Shown here one piece after another: positions 19,491 to 28,527 of a stretch of 64,000 bases of DNA; the first letter of the stretch is position 1, and each line of letters starts with the position of its first letter. Both the position numbers and the translations under genes were made by a program. The stretch comes from Chitinophagaceae bacterium (GTDB lineage: Bacteria > Bacteroidota > Bacteroidia > Chitinophagales > UBA10324): positions 132,870-196,869 of the forward strand of contig CANIPU010000003.1 in the NCBI GenBank assembly GCA_947469485.1, written 5' to 3'. The notes under the pieces are model-generated. The model ran no database searches and was not told the DNA's origin. It worked only from the letters and a program-made list of their open reading frames with translations.

Positions 19491-20297
19491 ATGAACTATT
19501 TAAAATCAATACTCAAAATAATTTTCCTGCTAAGTTCTTTTCAGCTTAGTGCCGGCGCGCAGAGTCTGGTGCTTTGTGAAAAGTACGACGACTATGGCAG
19601 CCCAACCGGAGTTTATAGTAAGTGGGATATTGACAAAAGCGGAGGTAGTATTTACATCCTTTACAGGGAGCCTGCAGCCTTATCAAGCAATTCCTCGTGG
19701 TATTTATACATTGATAAAGACTGGAATAACTCCGATGTTTATACAACTTATGGTACATTAAAAATATATCCTCAAGAAGGCAAAAGCTGGGTAGCTTATG
19801 ATTACAGGTTTACTGAAGGCGGAAAATTTAAAGTATCAATTCAAAAAGACGGACAATCTCAGGCATCCACCTATTTTGAAATTAGTATAGCCGAAGCGCC
19901 AAGTCCGGTTACTGCAACCGACAAACCTGCAGGCGATGTGCCGGATACTTATTACTACGAGAATTCAAAAGTGTTTTTATGCAGTTCGCTTGATGAAAAC
20001 AAACAACCGGTTGATGTTAAGACTGTGTTTTCTATTAATGGAGGCAGGAGTATAAGTCTTACCGTTTACATAACCAATAATGGAATACCGTTTAAAACCA
20101 ATCAGCTTTTTGCAGTAATATATGACGATGCCGAGGGGAAACACGAATATGATAGCTTCAAATTTGATGTTGAACCTCAATGGGATTTTTTCCACTTTCC
20201 TCAGGAGTTTATCCTGCCCGGCAGCTACCTTATTGATATTTACAACGAAAATGAAACCTACATCAACTCATCTTCTTTAATAACAATTATAGAATAA
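19491..20297 (+). CDS. Hypothetical secreted protein
   Basis: Start chosen at MNYLKSILKIIFLLSSFQLSAGAQ (signal peptide). No family was recognised. Confidence 0.5.
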   Translation: MNYLKSILKIIFLLSSFQLSAGAQSLVLCEKYDDYGSPTGVYSKWDIDKSGGSIYILYREPAALSSNSSWYLYIDKDWNNSDVYTTYGTLKIYPQEGKSWVAYDYRFTEGGKFKVSIQKDGQSQASTYFEISIAEAPSPVTATDKPAGDVPDTYYYENSKVFLCSSLDENKQPVDVKTVFSINGGRSISLTVYITNNGIPFKTNQLFAVIYDDAEGKHEYDSFKFDVEPQWDFFHFPQEFILPGSYLIDIYNENETYINSSSLITIIE

Positions 20298-20344
20298 TTT
20301 TATAACAGATATTAATCGGACAAGTAATTCTTAAAAAGAAAATA

Positions 20345-21739
20345 TCACTCCACAACAATTTTCTTTCTAAGAATATTATTCTGCTCATCTCTGAGTTCGC
20401 AGAAATAAACTCCGCTTTTTACAGGAAGTGTAACAGTTGTTGAGGCATCAGTAATTTCTGTTTCATAAATTTTCTCTCCCAGTAAATTATAAATCTCAAT
20501 CATCTGGTTGGCGTTGGTTTCAACTGTGAAATTTCCATTTGAAGGATTCGGATAAATATTTAAGTAGGTAGAATTTACTTCCACCACTCCTGCTGCATTA
20601 TGTGTGATTTCAAATTCAGAGGAGCAGGTATCACCATTGTAAACAGCGCGGAAAGTATAAATGCCATCTGTCGTAGGCAGCACTTTTGAATAAGCCCATA
20701 AGCCCACCAGGGTGCTTGCATTGCTGGTGTAAGTCCAATTGAGATAAGTTGACCCGTTCGGATTCAGAATACTTATATCGGCAATCAGTCCGCTCACTTC
20801 ATTGCGAAGGAAAATATAAAACTTCGCATAGCCGGGAGCTAAGCTTGGACCCTGAAACGGAATCTGATAAGTGGTGCTTTCATTCGGAGTTTCAGTAGCG
20901 GGGCATGCCGGAAAAACCGCATCAGTAATATTTACCGATACTTTTATTACCGCTGTTTCTAAATAGGATTTCTGAGCAGCCCACCACGATGAAGCGTTTA
21001 ACAAATTGCAAGTACCTGAGAAAGGGTCAACTCTTGTTGCCGCTGTGTTGCCGCTCCATATTTCAAAATGCAGGTGTGGTCCCGATGAGCTTCCTGAACT
21101 TCCAACCACTCCGATATGATCTCCCGTTGCAACCGGCTGACCAATGGCCACCGAAGTAATCGAATTCTTTTTCATGTGCCAGTACAAAACAGTTGAACCA
21201 TCTGCGTGCTGAACTATGACATAATTAGCTGTTAATCCGCTGCCAACTCCAACACAATTTTTGTCGAACTCGCCATCGTGTTTATCAATAATAATTCCTG
21301 GCGCGGCCGCAACTACTTCTACTAAATCATTGTCCATCTTTACAAAAGGATAGGGCCATATAGCAATATCGGTTCCGCCATGACCATCGTAAGCAATTGT
21401 TCCGCAGTTATAATCCTGAAAGGCGCCACTGGCTGTATTCTGGTCAACATGTGCTGAAATAAAGTAGTAACTGCAATCGTGCAAATTCACTGATGGCTTC
21501 AGTGGCCACTGCAACAGAGTAACAGCGCGGCCTCCGCTCGCGAATGAACTGCTGTCAATGTGCAGTGCTTTCATATTGTCACTTATTCGTTTTTCAATCA
21601 GTGTATATTCCAGTGCAGAAATACAAGGGTTGCTTGCATCAGTTTCTGTAACCGTATTTATTTCAGAAAGATTTTGCGCCTGGGTTTTAATAGTAAACAC
21701 GGCACACAAAACAACGAGTGTAAAAATTCTTTTCATCAT
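20345..21739 (-). CDS. M23 family metallopeptidase with T9SS C-terminal sorting domain
   Basis: HxxxD/HxH series: GHGGTDIA...GDHIGVVGSSGSSSGPHLHFEIW. C-terminal IYPNPSNGNFTVE...GVYFCEL...KIVVE. Confidence 0.85.
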   Translation of the reverse strand: MMKRIFTLVVLCAVFTIKTQAQNLSEINTVTETDASNPCISALEYTLIEKRISDNMKALHIDSSSFASGGRAVTLLQWPLKPSVNLHDCSYYFISAHVDQNTASGAFQDYNCGTIAYDGHGGTDIAIWPYPFVKMDNDLVEVVAAAPGIIIDKHDGEFDKNCVGVGSGLTANYVIVQHADGSTVLYWHMKKNSITSVAIGQPVATGDHIGVVGSSGSSSGPHLHFEIWSGNTAATRVDPFSGTCNLLNASSWWAAQKSYLETAVIKVSVNITDAVFPACPATETPNESTTYQIPFQGPSLAPGYAKFYIFLRNEVSGLIADISILNPNGSTYLNWTYTSNASTLVGLWAYSKVLPTTDGIYTFRAVYNGDTCSSEFEITHNAAGVVEVNSTYLNIYPNPSNGNFTVETNANQMIEIYNLLGEKIYETEITDASTTVTLPVKSGVYFCELRDEQNNILRKKIVVE

Positions 21740-21846
21740 GGAAAGATTTATACGCAAGTTACCGAATTTCTATTCGTGCCCATGCCCTCCGATATACAAG
21801 TGGCGGTGTTAACTGTACAGTCGGGAGAAGTTTTTAACTCACTGCT

Positions 21847-22470
21847 TTATTGCTTTATCAATTTCGTGCGGCTTATAACAGCACCACCTGAAACCAGTTC
21901 AATAAAATATATTCCTGTTGACAGCGATTGAATATTCAAAACTTCTGTGTTTTTCATTGCCCGGGTCTGATGCAATATTCTTCCCGACAAATCAATAACC
22001 TGAATGGTGTTGCCCGCAAGACGGTTGCTGTGAACAGTTACACGGTCGGCAGCAGGATTTGGATAAACGCGCACATCAGTGTGATAAAATAAATTTTGCA
22101 CTCCCGTTGATGTATCGGCAATGGTAATGGGGAAACTGCATCCCAATGAATCATAGAACATGTAGTAAAGATTCAGGTAGCCGGAGAACGGAAGCACGAG
22201 TGGAGCCATCACCACCATTTCGTGCAGCTGTGGTCCGCCGCCAATGCCGAAGTAGGTCACATTTTCCTTTGCAATGGTATCCATGTTGGAATCAAACAAT
22301 ATAAAGCCGGGATAACCAAACAGCTCCGTTGTTGTATTCGATGCATTGAGTGAAATGGTATCGTTGCCGAGCGTACAGCAATCAATAACCAGCGAATCGC
22401 ACTGCGGAAGATTCTGTGCATGAATAAAAAACGGAACAGAAAAAAAGAATGCGAGAATGTATTTTTTCAT
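21847..22470 (-). CDS. T9SS C-terminal-domain secreted protein, function unknown
   Basis: Signal peptide MKKYILAFFFSVPFFIHAQ. C-terminal VYPNPAADRVTV...GIYFIEL...KLIKQ. Confidence 0.6.
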   Translation of the reverse strand: MKKYILAFFFSVPFFIHAQNLPQCDSLVIDCCTLGNDTISLNASNTTTELFGYPGFILFDSNMDTIAKENVTYFGIGGGPQLHEMVVMAPLVLPFSGYLNLYYMFYDSLGCSFPITIADTSTGVQNLFYHTDVRVYPNPAADRVTVHSNRLAGNTIQVIDLSGRILHQTRAMKNTEVLNIQSLSTGIYFIELVSGGAVISRTKLIKQ

Positions 22471-22551
22471 TGAAGTGGGTTTATTGCAACGCAAGTTAAG
22501 AAAAACAAACCGGCCTGTTTAGTTTTCTCATCACTTGCTATTCCTGTATTT

Positions 22552-22881
22552 TCAACGCGCTGAATACATCACCAGCGTATTTTCTTCATTGCGCAATTTT
22601 TTATCGGTGATAAAAGTTCCGAACGGAATGAGCGAAGCACCAACTCCCACAGCAACACGAAATACCGGCCATCGCTTTGCGCGCCACACATACAGCAGTG
22701 CAGTTATGTATAAGATAAATAATGCGCCATGAATCCATCCGGTTATTAGAACAGCCTCCGGAATATCTGCCAGGTATTTCAGGGGCATGGCAATCAATAA
22801 CAGAAACAGAAAAGAAATTCCTTCAGCAATTCCCGCAATGCGCAATCGACCGATTGCCGTGTTTGAAAATTTAAGACTCAT
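22552..22881 (-). CDS. DUF3817-family membrane protein
   Basis: LRIAGIAEGISFLFLLLIAMPLKY...GWIHGALFILY matches the DUF3817 pattern. 109 aa. Confidence 0.7.
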   Translation of the reverse strand: MSLKFSNTAIGRLRIAGIAEGISFLFLLLIAMPLKYLADIPEAVLITGWIHGALFILYITALLYVWRAKRWPVFRVAVGVGASLIPFGTFITDKKLRNEENTLVMYSAR

Positions 22882-22946
22882 TGTGCAATAATATCATTCA
22901 ATTGCAAATTCATTTTTAGTTTTTGTAATGATACTTGCACTTATTT

Positions 22947-22975
22947 AGTACTTGTATAGACTAAGTACTTTTTTT
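22947..22975. terminator. Terminator-like hairpin at the 3' end of island gene A
   Basis: AGTACTT (22947-22953), a 9-nt loop and AAGTACT (22963-22969), followed by T6 on the + strand. The A-run precedes it on the - strand, so it is canonical only in the + orientation although the adjacent gene is on -. Confidence 0.35.
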
Positions 22976-23565
22976 CATTGCAACGACCATGGAGGTAGTC
23001 CCTTTTTTTTATTTGCACTACTCACCTTTTCATAAACATCCTTTTTTGCTGCTGCAAAAAGTAATCTCATTCGTTGCGCTCCCTCCAGGTAATGTGCTTT
23101 CATTTTTCCGGGTGTGGTTATTTCATACTGAAGATATATTGATGCCGGATTATCTTCTTCTTCCTTTTCAAAATGGTAATCACCTGTGTATTTCAATCCG
23201 AAATTACTTGCAGCTTTTGCAACCGCGCGCTCAAGTTTATCAGGATGAATCCGGATGAACGAATCTTCACTCAGGTAAAGGAGAAACTGAAGTTCAAGAA
23301 AGAACTTTTTATTGGTTCGCTTAATAATCAGCAGGGGATCAGTTTTCAGTAAATCCGGACATTCAACCAGGCACTCACATTTTTTTGGATATAGCTGTTC
23401 ATCAAAATCAAGGAATTCAAAAAATCTTTTTTTTGAAAGTCCTGTCATAGTAATCTCATTCACAAAAAGTTCAGATCGCATACAGTACTTTTTTGCTCGC
23501 CGAAAGAAAACATTAATGGCTGCTTGTTCCTTTGCAGAAACAGACATGTTTCTGAAGAGTGTCAT
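22975..23565 (-). CDS. Hypothetical protein, island paralogue A (unknown family)
   Basis: 196 aa. Alignable with the 192-aa ORF at 23763-24341 through GLSKKRFFEFLDFDEQLYP / GLSKENFYSFLDFDASLYP, ECPDLLK / ECSAPHLK, AKAASNFGL / AKAAKQYGL and EGAQRMRLLF / EGLNRLSQLF. Confidence 0.55.
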   Translation of the reverse strand: MTLFRNMSVSAKEQAAINVFFRRAKKYCMRSELFVNEITMTGLSKKRFFEFLDFDEQLYPKKCECLVECPDLLKTDPLLIIKRTNKKFFLELQFLLYLSEDSFIRIHPDKLERAVAKAASNFGLKYTGDYHFEKEEEDNPASIYLQYEITTPGKMKAHYLEGAQRMRLLFAAAKKDVYEKVSSANKKKGLPPWSLQ

Positions 23566-23669
23566 TCCGAAGAAATTTTATGAATGTAATTATAAATTAA
23601 ATAGGCTGCTTTTAATTTCCTGCCATAGAAAAATCTTTTCATCATTGAAAGAAGAGAAAGTTTCACGCA

Positions 23670-23786
23670 ATGGCTGAAGTCCACTCCACTCAAACCCGCA
23701 GCTACAACATGAACCGCATTAAGAGCAAGAACACCAAACCCGAAATGCTGGTGCGGAAATTTCTATTTCACTTTCTTTTTTCTTAG
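23670..23786 (+). pseudogene. vsr: vsr 5' fragment 1 (very-short-patch repair endonuclease, N-terminal 33 codons only)
   Basis: Below the ORF-track size cut-off. It translates MAEVHSTQTRSYNMNRIKSKNTKPEMLVRKFLF, then the unrelated HFLFS*. RSxNMSxIKxKNTKPEmxVRKxLf is the conserved Vsr N-terminus. The catalytic part is absent. Confidence 0.7.
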
Positions 23787-24341
23787 CGCAATTTCTTTTT
23801 CCATTGCCTCATAATATTTTTCCTCTGCATCGGAAAACAACTGCGACAATCTATTCAATCCTTCTTTGAAATGTTCGGCCATATTACCCTTTGGTGCAAC
23901 ATGGTAATTAATATAGAACTCCAGATTAGTATCAAAGTCTTCCATATCATCCGGGTCCACATATAAGCCATATTGCTTTGCTGCCTTAGCTGCATTCATG
24001 TAAACTTTAACGAGATTGATATTTACTCTGGTGAGTTCCTCTTCAACAATGCAACAAAAATATTTCAATGCTATTTTTTCACCCGGTCTTTCAATATTAA
24101 ATACCGGGTTAATTTTTTTCAAATGTGGGGCTGAACATTCAATTAACATTCTCAGATCATGCGGATAAAGCGATGCATCAAAATCAAGAAACGAATAAAA
24201 ATTTTCTTTCGACAATCCGAAGCATTCAATCGTATTCAGGCAGAAGTCTGCCGACCGCGATAATTTTTCTGCCTTGTTATACAAAGCATCTGCAAGCCGG
24301 CTGTCTTCTTCGCTTTTAAATTCGCTGTCGTTCCTTTTCAT
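23763..24341 (-). CDS. Hypothetical protein, island paralogue B (unknown family)
   Basis: 192 aa, paralogue of 22975-23565. Its stop codon (TAG, 23763-23765) is the complement of Leu codon 32 of vsr fragment 1. Confidence 0.6.
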   Translation of the reverse strand: MKRNDSEFKSEEDSRLADALYNKAEKLSRSADFCLNTIECFGLSKENFYSFLDFDASLYPHDLRMLIECSAPHLKKINPVFNIERPGEKIALKYFCCIVEEELTRVNINLVKVYMNAAKAAKQYGLYVDPDDMEDFDTNLEFYINYHVAPKGNMAEHFKEGLNRLSQLFSDAEEKYYEAMEKEIALRKKKVK

Positions 24342-24401
24342 AATTTTAAAACTTGATTATTAAAAACGAAACTAATTTTAATTTATTATTTATCATGTGT
24401 T

Positions 24402-24518
24402 ATGGCTGATGTGCACAATAGGAAAACCCGCTCTTACAACATGAGCCGCATTAAGGGCAAGAACACAAAGCCCGAAATGCTGGTGCGGAAATTTCTTTTT
24501 GCGCACGGAGAATTATAA
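24402..24518 (+). pseudogene. vsr: vsr 5' fragment 2 (N-terminal 36 codons only)
   Basis: It translates MADVHNRKTRSYNMSRIKGKNTKPEMLVRKFLFAHG, then EL**. It stops where an intact Vsr would continue with the F/Y-R-Y-R motif. Confidence 0.75.
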
Positions 24519-24566
24519 TGATTGCAGGATAAAAATTTATTATTTACAATTGAGTAATATTCATTT

Positions 24567-24971
24567 ATGATTGAGGTTACTTGTGCAATTATTCTGAAAG
24601 AAAATAAAATCTTAGTAACTCAAAGAAGTGAAAAGATGAAACTGCCTTTGAAGTGGGAGTTTCCCGGAGGAAAGATTGAAAAAAATGAAACAGAAGAAAA
24701 CTGTTTATTAAGAGAGATAAAAGAAGAACTCAATTTAGAAATTGAAATCATAGAAAAATTAGAATCAAAAAGTTTTGATTATGAAACTTTCTCAATAAAT
24801 CTCATTCCGTTTGTTGCAAAGTATTTGAAAGGTGAAATTGTTTTAAGTGAGCATAAAGATTTCAAGTGGTTAACGAAAGAAGAGTTAAAATTTTTGGATT
24901 GGGCTGCTGCTGATATTCCTGTATTAGATGAATATTTAAAATTGAATTATGATGAATCAAGGGCTCTATGA
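24567..24971 (+). CDS. NUDIX hydrolase, MutT/NudG-like (deoxy)nucleoside triphosphate pyrophosphohydrolase
   Basis: Nudix box GGKIEKNETEENCLLREIKEELNL (Gx5Ex7REUxEExGU, with N at the last G). WEFPGGK and the AIILKENKILVTQR N-terminus are typical of the MutT/NudG subgroup. The last 23 nt overlap the downstream gene. Confidence 0.85.
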   Translation: MIEVTCAIILKENKILVTQRSEKMKLPLKWEFPGGKIEKNETEENCLLREIKEELNLEIEIIEKLESKSFDYETFSINLIPFVAKYLKGEIVLSEHKDFKWLTKEELKFLDWAAADIPVLDEYLKLNYDESRAL

Positions 24972-27900
24972 GCAACTCATAAACAAAATGATTTTGTCCA
25001 AGCTAAATGAATTGGACAGAAATAAATTTCACATAAAGGAAAGTGAGATTGACAAGAGTGAAGCCGCAAGAATTCTATCCCAATATTTAGGGGAAGTAAT
25101 TCAATTTGGTCTTAATTCAATTTCAGGTGATGATAGTATTGAAAAGCAAATTGAACTATCGAACAAAATAATTTCCCTTCTGAGAACGGAGTTGAAAGAC
25201 GAAGAGTTTGATGAGGATTTGATTGCTACAGAAGCAAAAATTCTTTCAGCAATATTTAAAAAGCTTGATGCAAAGTTTTCTGACTTTGAAAAACATCTCA
25301 AAGAAATAACTCCTTATACAAGATTATCACAAAGCGAATTGTTCACTGGAAACAATGCGGGCATTTCTCTTGAAAGCGAAATCAAAAAAGAAATTCTTTC
25401 ATCTGATAAAATCAATTTCCTTGTTTCATTTATAAAGTGGACTGGAATAAGAATATTTGAAAAGGAATTATTTGAATTCACAGAAAGAGGCGGACTATTA
25501 AAAGTGATTACTACTTCATACATGGGTGCTACTGATTTGAAGGCAGTAGAATATTTATCAAGTTTGAAGAATACAGAAATCAAAGTTTCATATAACACAG
25601 ACAATGAAAGGTTACACGCAAAAGCATATTTGTTTTTGCGAGATACAGGATTTCATACTGGCTACATAGGTTCATCAAATATTTCTCGTTCTGCACTTAC
25701 AAATGGTTTAGAGTGGAATCTTAAAGTGACAACAAAAGAGGTTGGACATATCATTGATAAATTCCAAAAGACATTTGAAACTTATTGGTTGGATAAGGAA
25801 TTTGAATTGTTTGACAAAACAATTCATACAGAGAAGTTAAGGATTGCTTTAAAGACAGAGAGAATACATGAACGAAATAATCCTGCTGCTTACTTTGATA
25901 TAAAACCATTTCCTTTTCAAGAAGAGATTCTTGAAAAGTTAGAGACAGAAAGAATTGTCCACAACCGCTTTAGAAATTTAATTATTGCTGCAACAGGAAC
26001 GGGCAAAACAGTTATTTCTGCATTTGATTTCAAGAACTTTAAGAAGAAAAATCCATCAGCAAAACTTTTGTTTGTCGCACACCGAAAAGAAATATTGCAA
26101 CAAGCACAAGCAACATTTCAAGGAATTTTGAAAGACAACAATTTTGGAGAGTTGTGGGTTGACGGACTTGAACCTGAAAAATATGATTGTGTTTTTGCTT
26201 CTGTTCAAACACTAAATAATAGGATTGCCACACTGAATCTTTCAGAATCATTTTATGATTTCATTATTGTAGATGAGGTTCATCACATTGCAGCTTCAAG
26301 TTATCGTCCGATTTTAAATCGGTTCAAACCCAAAATTCTTTTGGGATTAACTGCAACTCCTGAGAGAATGGATGGAGAAGATATTCTAAAAGATTTCTGT
26401 GATACGATTGCTGCTGAAATCAGATTGCCGGAAGCATTAAACAGAAAATTGCTGTGTCCATTTCAGTATTTCGGTATTACAGATAGTGTTGACTTGTCAA
26501 ATGCCACATGGCAAAATGGAAAATACTTGCCAAGTGAACTCACAAGAATTTATACTCAAAATGATAAACGAATTGGAGAAATAATTTCTAACCTCAATAA
26601 ATATCTTAGAGATATTAATGATGTAAGAGCACTTTGCTTTTGTGTCACTCAAGAACATGCTCAGTTCATGGCAGAGAAATTTTCACTTGCTGGATTGAAA
26701 GCTGATTATTTAGTAAGTTCAAGAAATGAATTGAGAGAAGAGTTAAGACGAAAATTTTTAAGCAAGGAAATCAATTACCTTTTTGTAGTTGACATATTTA
26801 ATGAGGGAGTTGATATACCAGACATTGATACAATTTTATTTCTCAGACCAACAGAAAGCTTAACTGTATTTCTCCAACAACTTGGAAGAGGATTGAGATT
26901 AGCTGAGGGCAAGGAGTGTTTGACCGTTTTAGATTTCGTTGGCAACTCACGACCCGAATATGATTTTGAAAACAAGTTCAGGGCACTGGTAGGAAAAACA
27001 AATACAGCAATTCAAAAAGAGATTGAAGATGATTTTCCGCATTTGCCTTTAGGATGCACAATTGTATTGGAGAAAAAAGCAAAAAAGTTTATTCTACAGA
27101 ATATTTATAATGCAACTCTTCATAACAGAAATCAATTGCTTACTAAAATTCGAAACTACAAGCATCAAACAACACTACCTCTTTCTCTAAAAAACTTTTC
27201 AAATTTTTATCATATTCCTCTGCAATACATTTATAAGAGAGGGAACTGGAAAAGACTGTGTGCTGACGCTGAACAAATTGAAAACTATCCAACAACAAAT
27301 GAAAATGAAATTAAAAGAGCCATCAGTAACAAGTGGCTTTCATGCAATTCAAATTCTTACTTCCAATTTATTTTATCATTAGCAAAAAAGAATTTCAATA
27401 TCAATTTAAACAATCTTAATGATGAAGAAAAGTCAATGTACTTAATGCTTCATTATGATATTTGGCAAGATGAGGGTGGTTTCGATTCTCTAGAAGAAAG
27501 TATCAAATCGATTGGGAAGAATAAAGCATTGACAGAAGAAATAATTGAAGTCCTTGAAATACTAATTGACAAAATTGATTTTCTTGAAAGAGAAATTAAG
27601 CTTTCATATTCTCAACCACTTAAACTTCATAGTAGATATACGCGCGAACAAATATTAGCCGCATTTGAATTTCACACCTTCAATAAAAAATCATCAAATC
27701 GAGAAGGAGTTGCTGAGAATAAAAAAACAAAGACTGAATTACTTTTTGTTGAACTAATAAAATCTGAAAAAGATTTTTCTCCATCTACTCTTTATAAAGA
27801 TTATGCTGTAAGTGAGAAAATATTTCATTGGCAATCTCAAAATTCTGCAATGCCAGAAAGTGGCAAAGGACTCTCTTATATCACTCACAAAGTAGATGAC

Positions 27901-28089
27901 AAAACTGTTTTACTTTTTGTAAGAGAGAGAAATGCAGATGAGTTTGGAATAACTATGTCCTATGTTTTTTTAGGCGAGGTTACCTATAAGGATCATTATG
28001 GAAGAAAGCCAATGAGTATTAATTGGGAATTAAAAGAACCTATTCCACCATATTTATTAAAGGATTCTGTTAAGATGGCGGTAGGATAA
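24949..28089 (+). CDS. SauUSI-like PLD-nuclease / SF2 helicase / DUF3427 protein (candidate type IV modification-dependent restriction enzyme)
   Basis: 1046 aa. PLD motif is ERLHAKAYLF...YIGSSNISRSAL (His codon near 25615). Walker A is AATGTGKT (about 25987-26010) and the DEAH box is VDEVHH (about 26272-26286). Helicase C strings are VDIFNEGVDIPDIDTILFLRPTES...QQLGRGLR. The C-terminal ~250 aa (PLKLHSRYTREQILAAFEF...HWQSQNS) resembles DUF3427. Confidence 0.8.
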   Translation: MMNQGLYEQLINKMILSKLNELDRNKFHIKESEIDKSEAARILSQYLGEVIQFGLNSISGDDSIEKQIELSNKIISLLRTELKDEEFDEDLIATEAKILSAIFKKLDAKFSDFEKHLKEITPYTRLSQSELFTGNNAGISLESEIKKEILSSDKINFLVSFIKWTGIRIFEKELFEFTERGGLLKVITTSYMGATDLKAVEYLSSLKNTEIKVSYNTDNERLHAKAYLFLRDTGFHTGYIGSSNISRSALTNGLEWNLKVTTKEVGHIIDKFQKTFETYWLDKEFELFDKTIHTEKLRIALKTERIHERNNPAAYFDIKPFPFQEEILEKLETERIVHNRFRNLIIAATGTGKTVISAFDFKNFKKKNPSAKLLFVAHRKEILQQAQATFQGILKDNNFGELWVDGLEPEKYDCVFASVQTLNNRIATLNLSESFYDFIIVDEVHHIAASSYRPILNRFKPKILLGLTATPERMDGEDILKDFCDTIAAEIRLPEALNRKLLCPFQYFGITDSVDLSNATWQNGKYLPSELTRIYTQNDKRIGEIISNLNKYLRDINDVRALCFCVTQEHAQFMAEKFSLAGLKADYLVSSRNELREELRRKFLSKEINYLFVVDIFNEGVDIPDIDTILFLRPTESLTVFLQQLGRGLRLAEGKECLTVLDFVGNSRPEYDFENKFRALVGKTNTAIQKEIEDDFPHLPLGCTIVLEKKAKKFILQNIYNATLHNRNQLLTKIRNYKHQTTLPLSLKNFSNFYHIPLQYIYKRGNWKRLCADAEQIENYPTTNENEIKRAISNKWLSCNSNSYFQFILSLAKKNFNINLNNLNDEEKSMYLMLHYDIWQDEGGFDSLEESIKSIGKNKALTEEIIEVLEILIDKIDFLEREIKLSYSQPLKLHSRYTREQILAAFEFHTFNKKSSNREGVAENKKTKTELLFVELIKSEKDFSPSTLYKDYAVSEKIFHWQSQNSAMPESGKGLSYITHKVDDKTVLLFVRERNADEFGITMSYVFLGEVTYKDHYGRKPMSINWELKEPIPPYLLKDSVKMAVG

Positions 28090-28476
28090 TTCTATCTTGC
28101 TTGCAAACTCATCGAATATCTTTTTTGCTTTTTCCAAATCTTTTTCATTGGCAATTTCATTTGGCAAATAAATTTCAGTCCATGAGTAAATTCTGTTTTT
28201 ATTAAGCGGAAATCTTTCACGCACATTAAAACCTTTCCGCTCTGCGATTGACCTTATTTTTTTGGGAATTAGTCCTTCACACATAATACACCAACATGGT
28301 TTAAGACCATTAAATTTTTCAGAGAAATGAGAATGAAATCCAGAACTACTTGTTAGAATTCTAAATTTATTTAAAACGCCAACTGCCTTATAGACTGGTG
28401 TTTCAATATATGCGTCAACATCAGGATTATATATTTCTGTAAATCCTTCTTGATTAATTCTTTCCTGCAATTTCAT
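28057..28476 (-). CDS. Hypothetical protein (139 aa), convergent with and overlapping the SauUSI-like gene by 33 bp
   Basis: ORF-track ORF; no family was recognised. Contains a CWCIMCEG cysteine cluster. Its 3' end overlaps 28057-28089. Confidence 0.45.
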   Translation of the reverse strand: MKLQERINQEGFTEIYNPDVDAYIETPVYKAVGVLNKFRILTSSSGFHSHFSEKFNGLKPCWCIMCEGLIPKKIRSIAERKGFNVRERFPLNKNRIYSWTEIYLPNEIANEKDLEKAKKIFDEFASKIELSYRHLNRIL

Positions 28477-28527
28477 TTCATAAAAAAAGTAAAAAGGGTT
28501 TTTCCATCCAACGGACTATACGCACCA

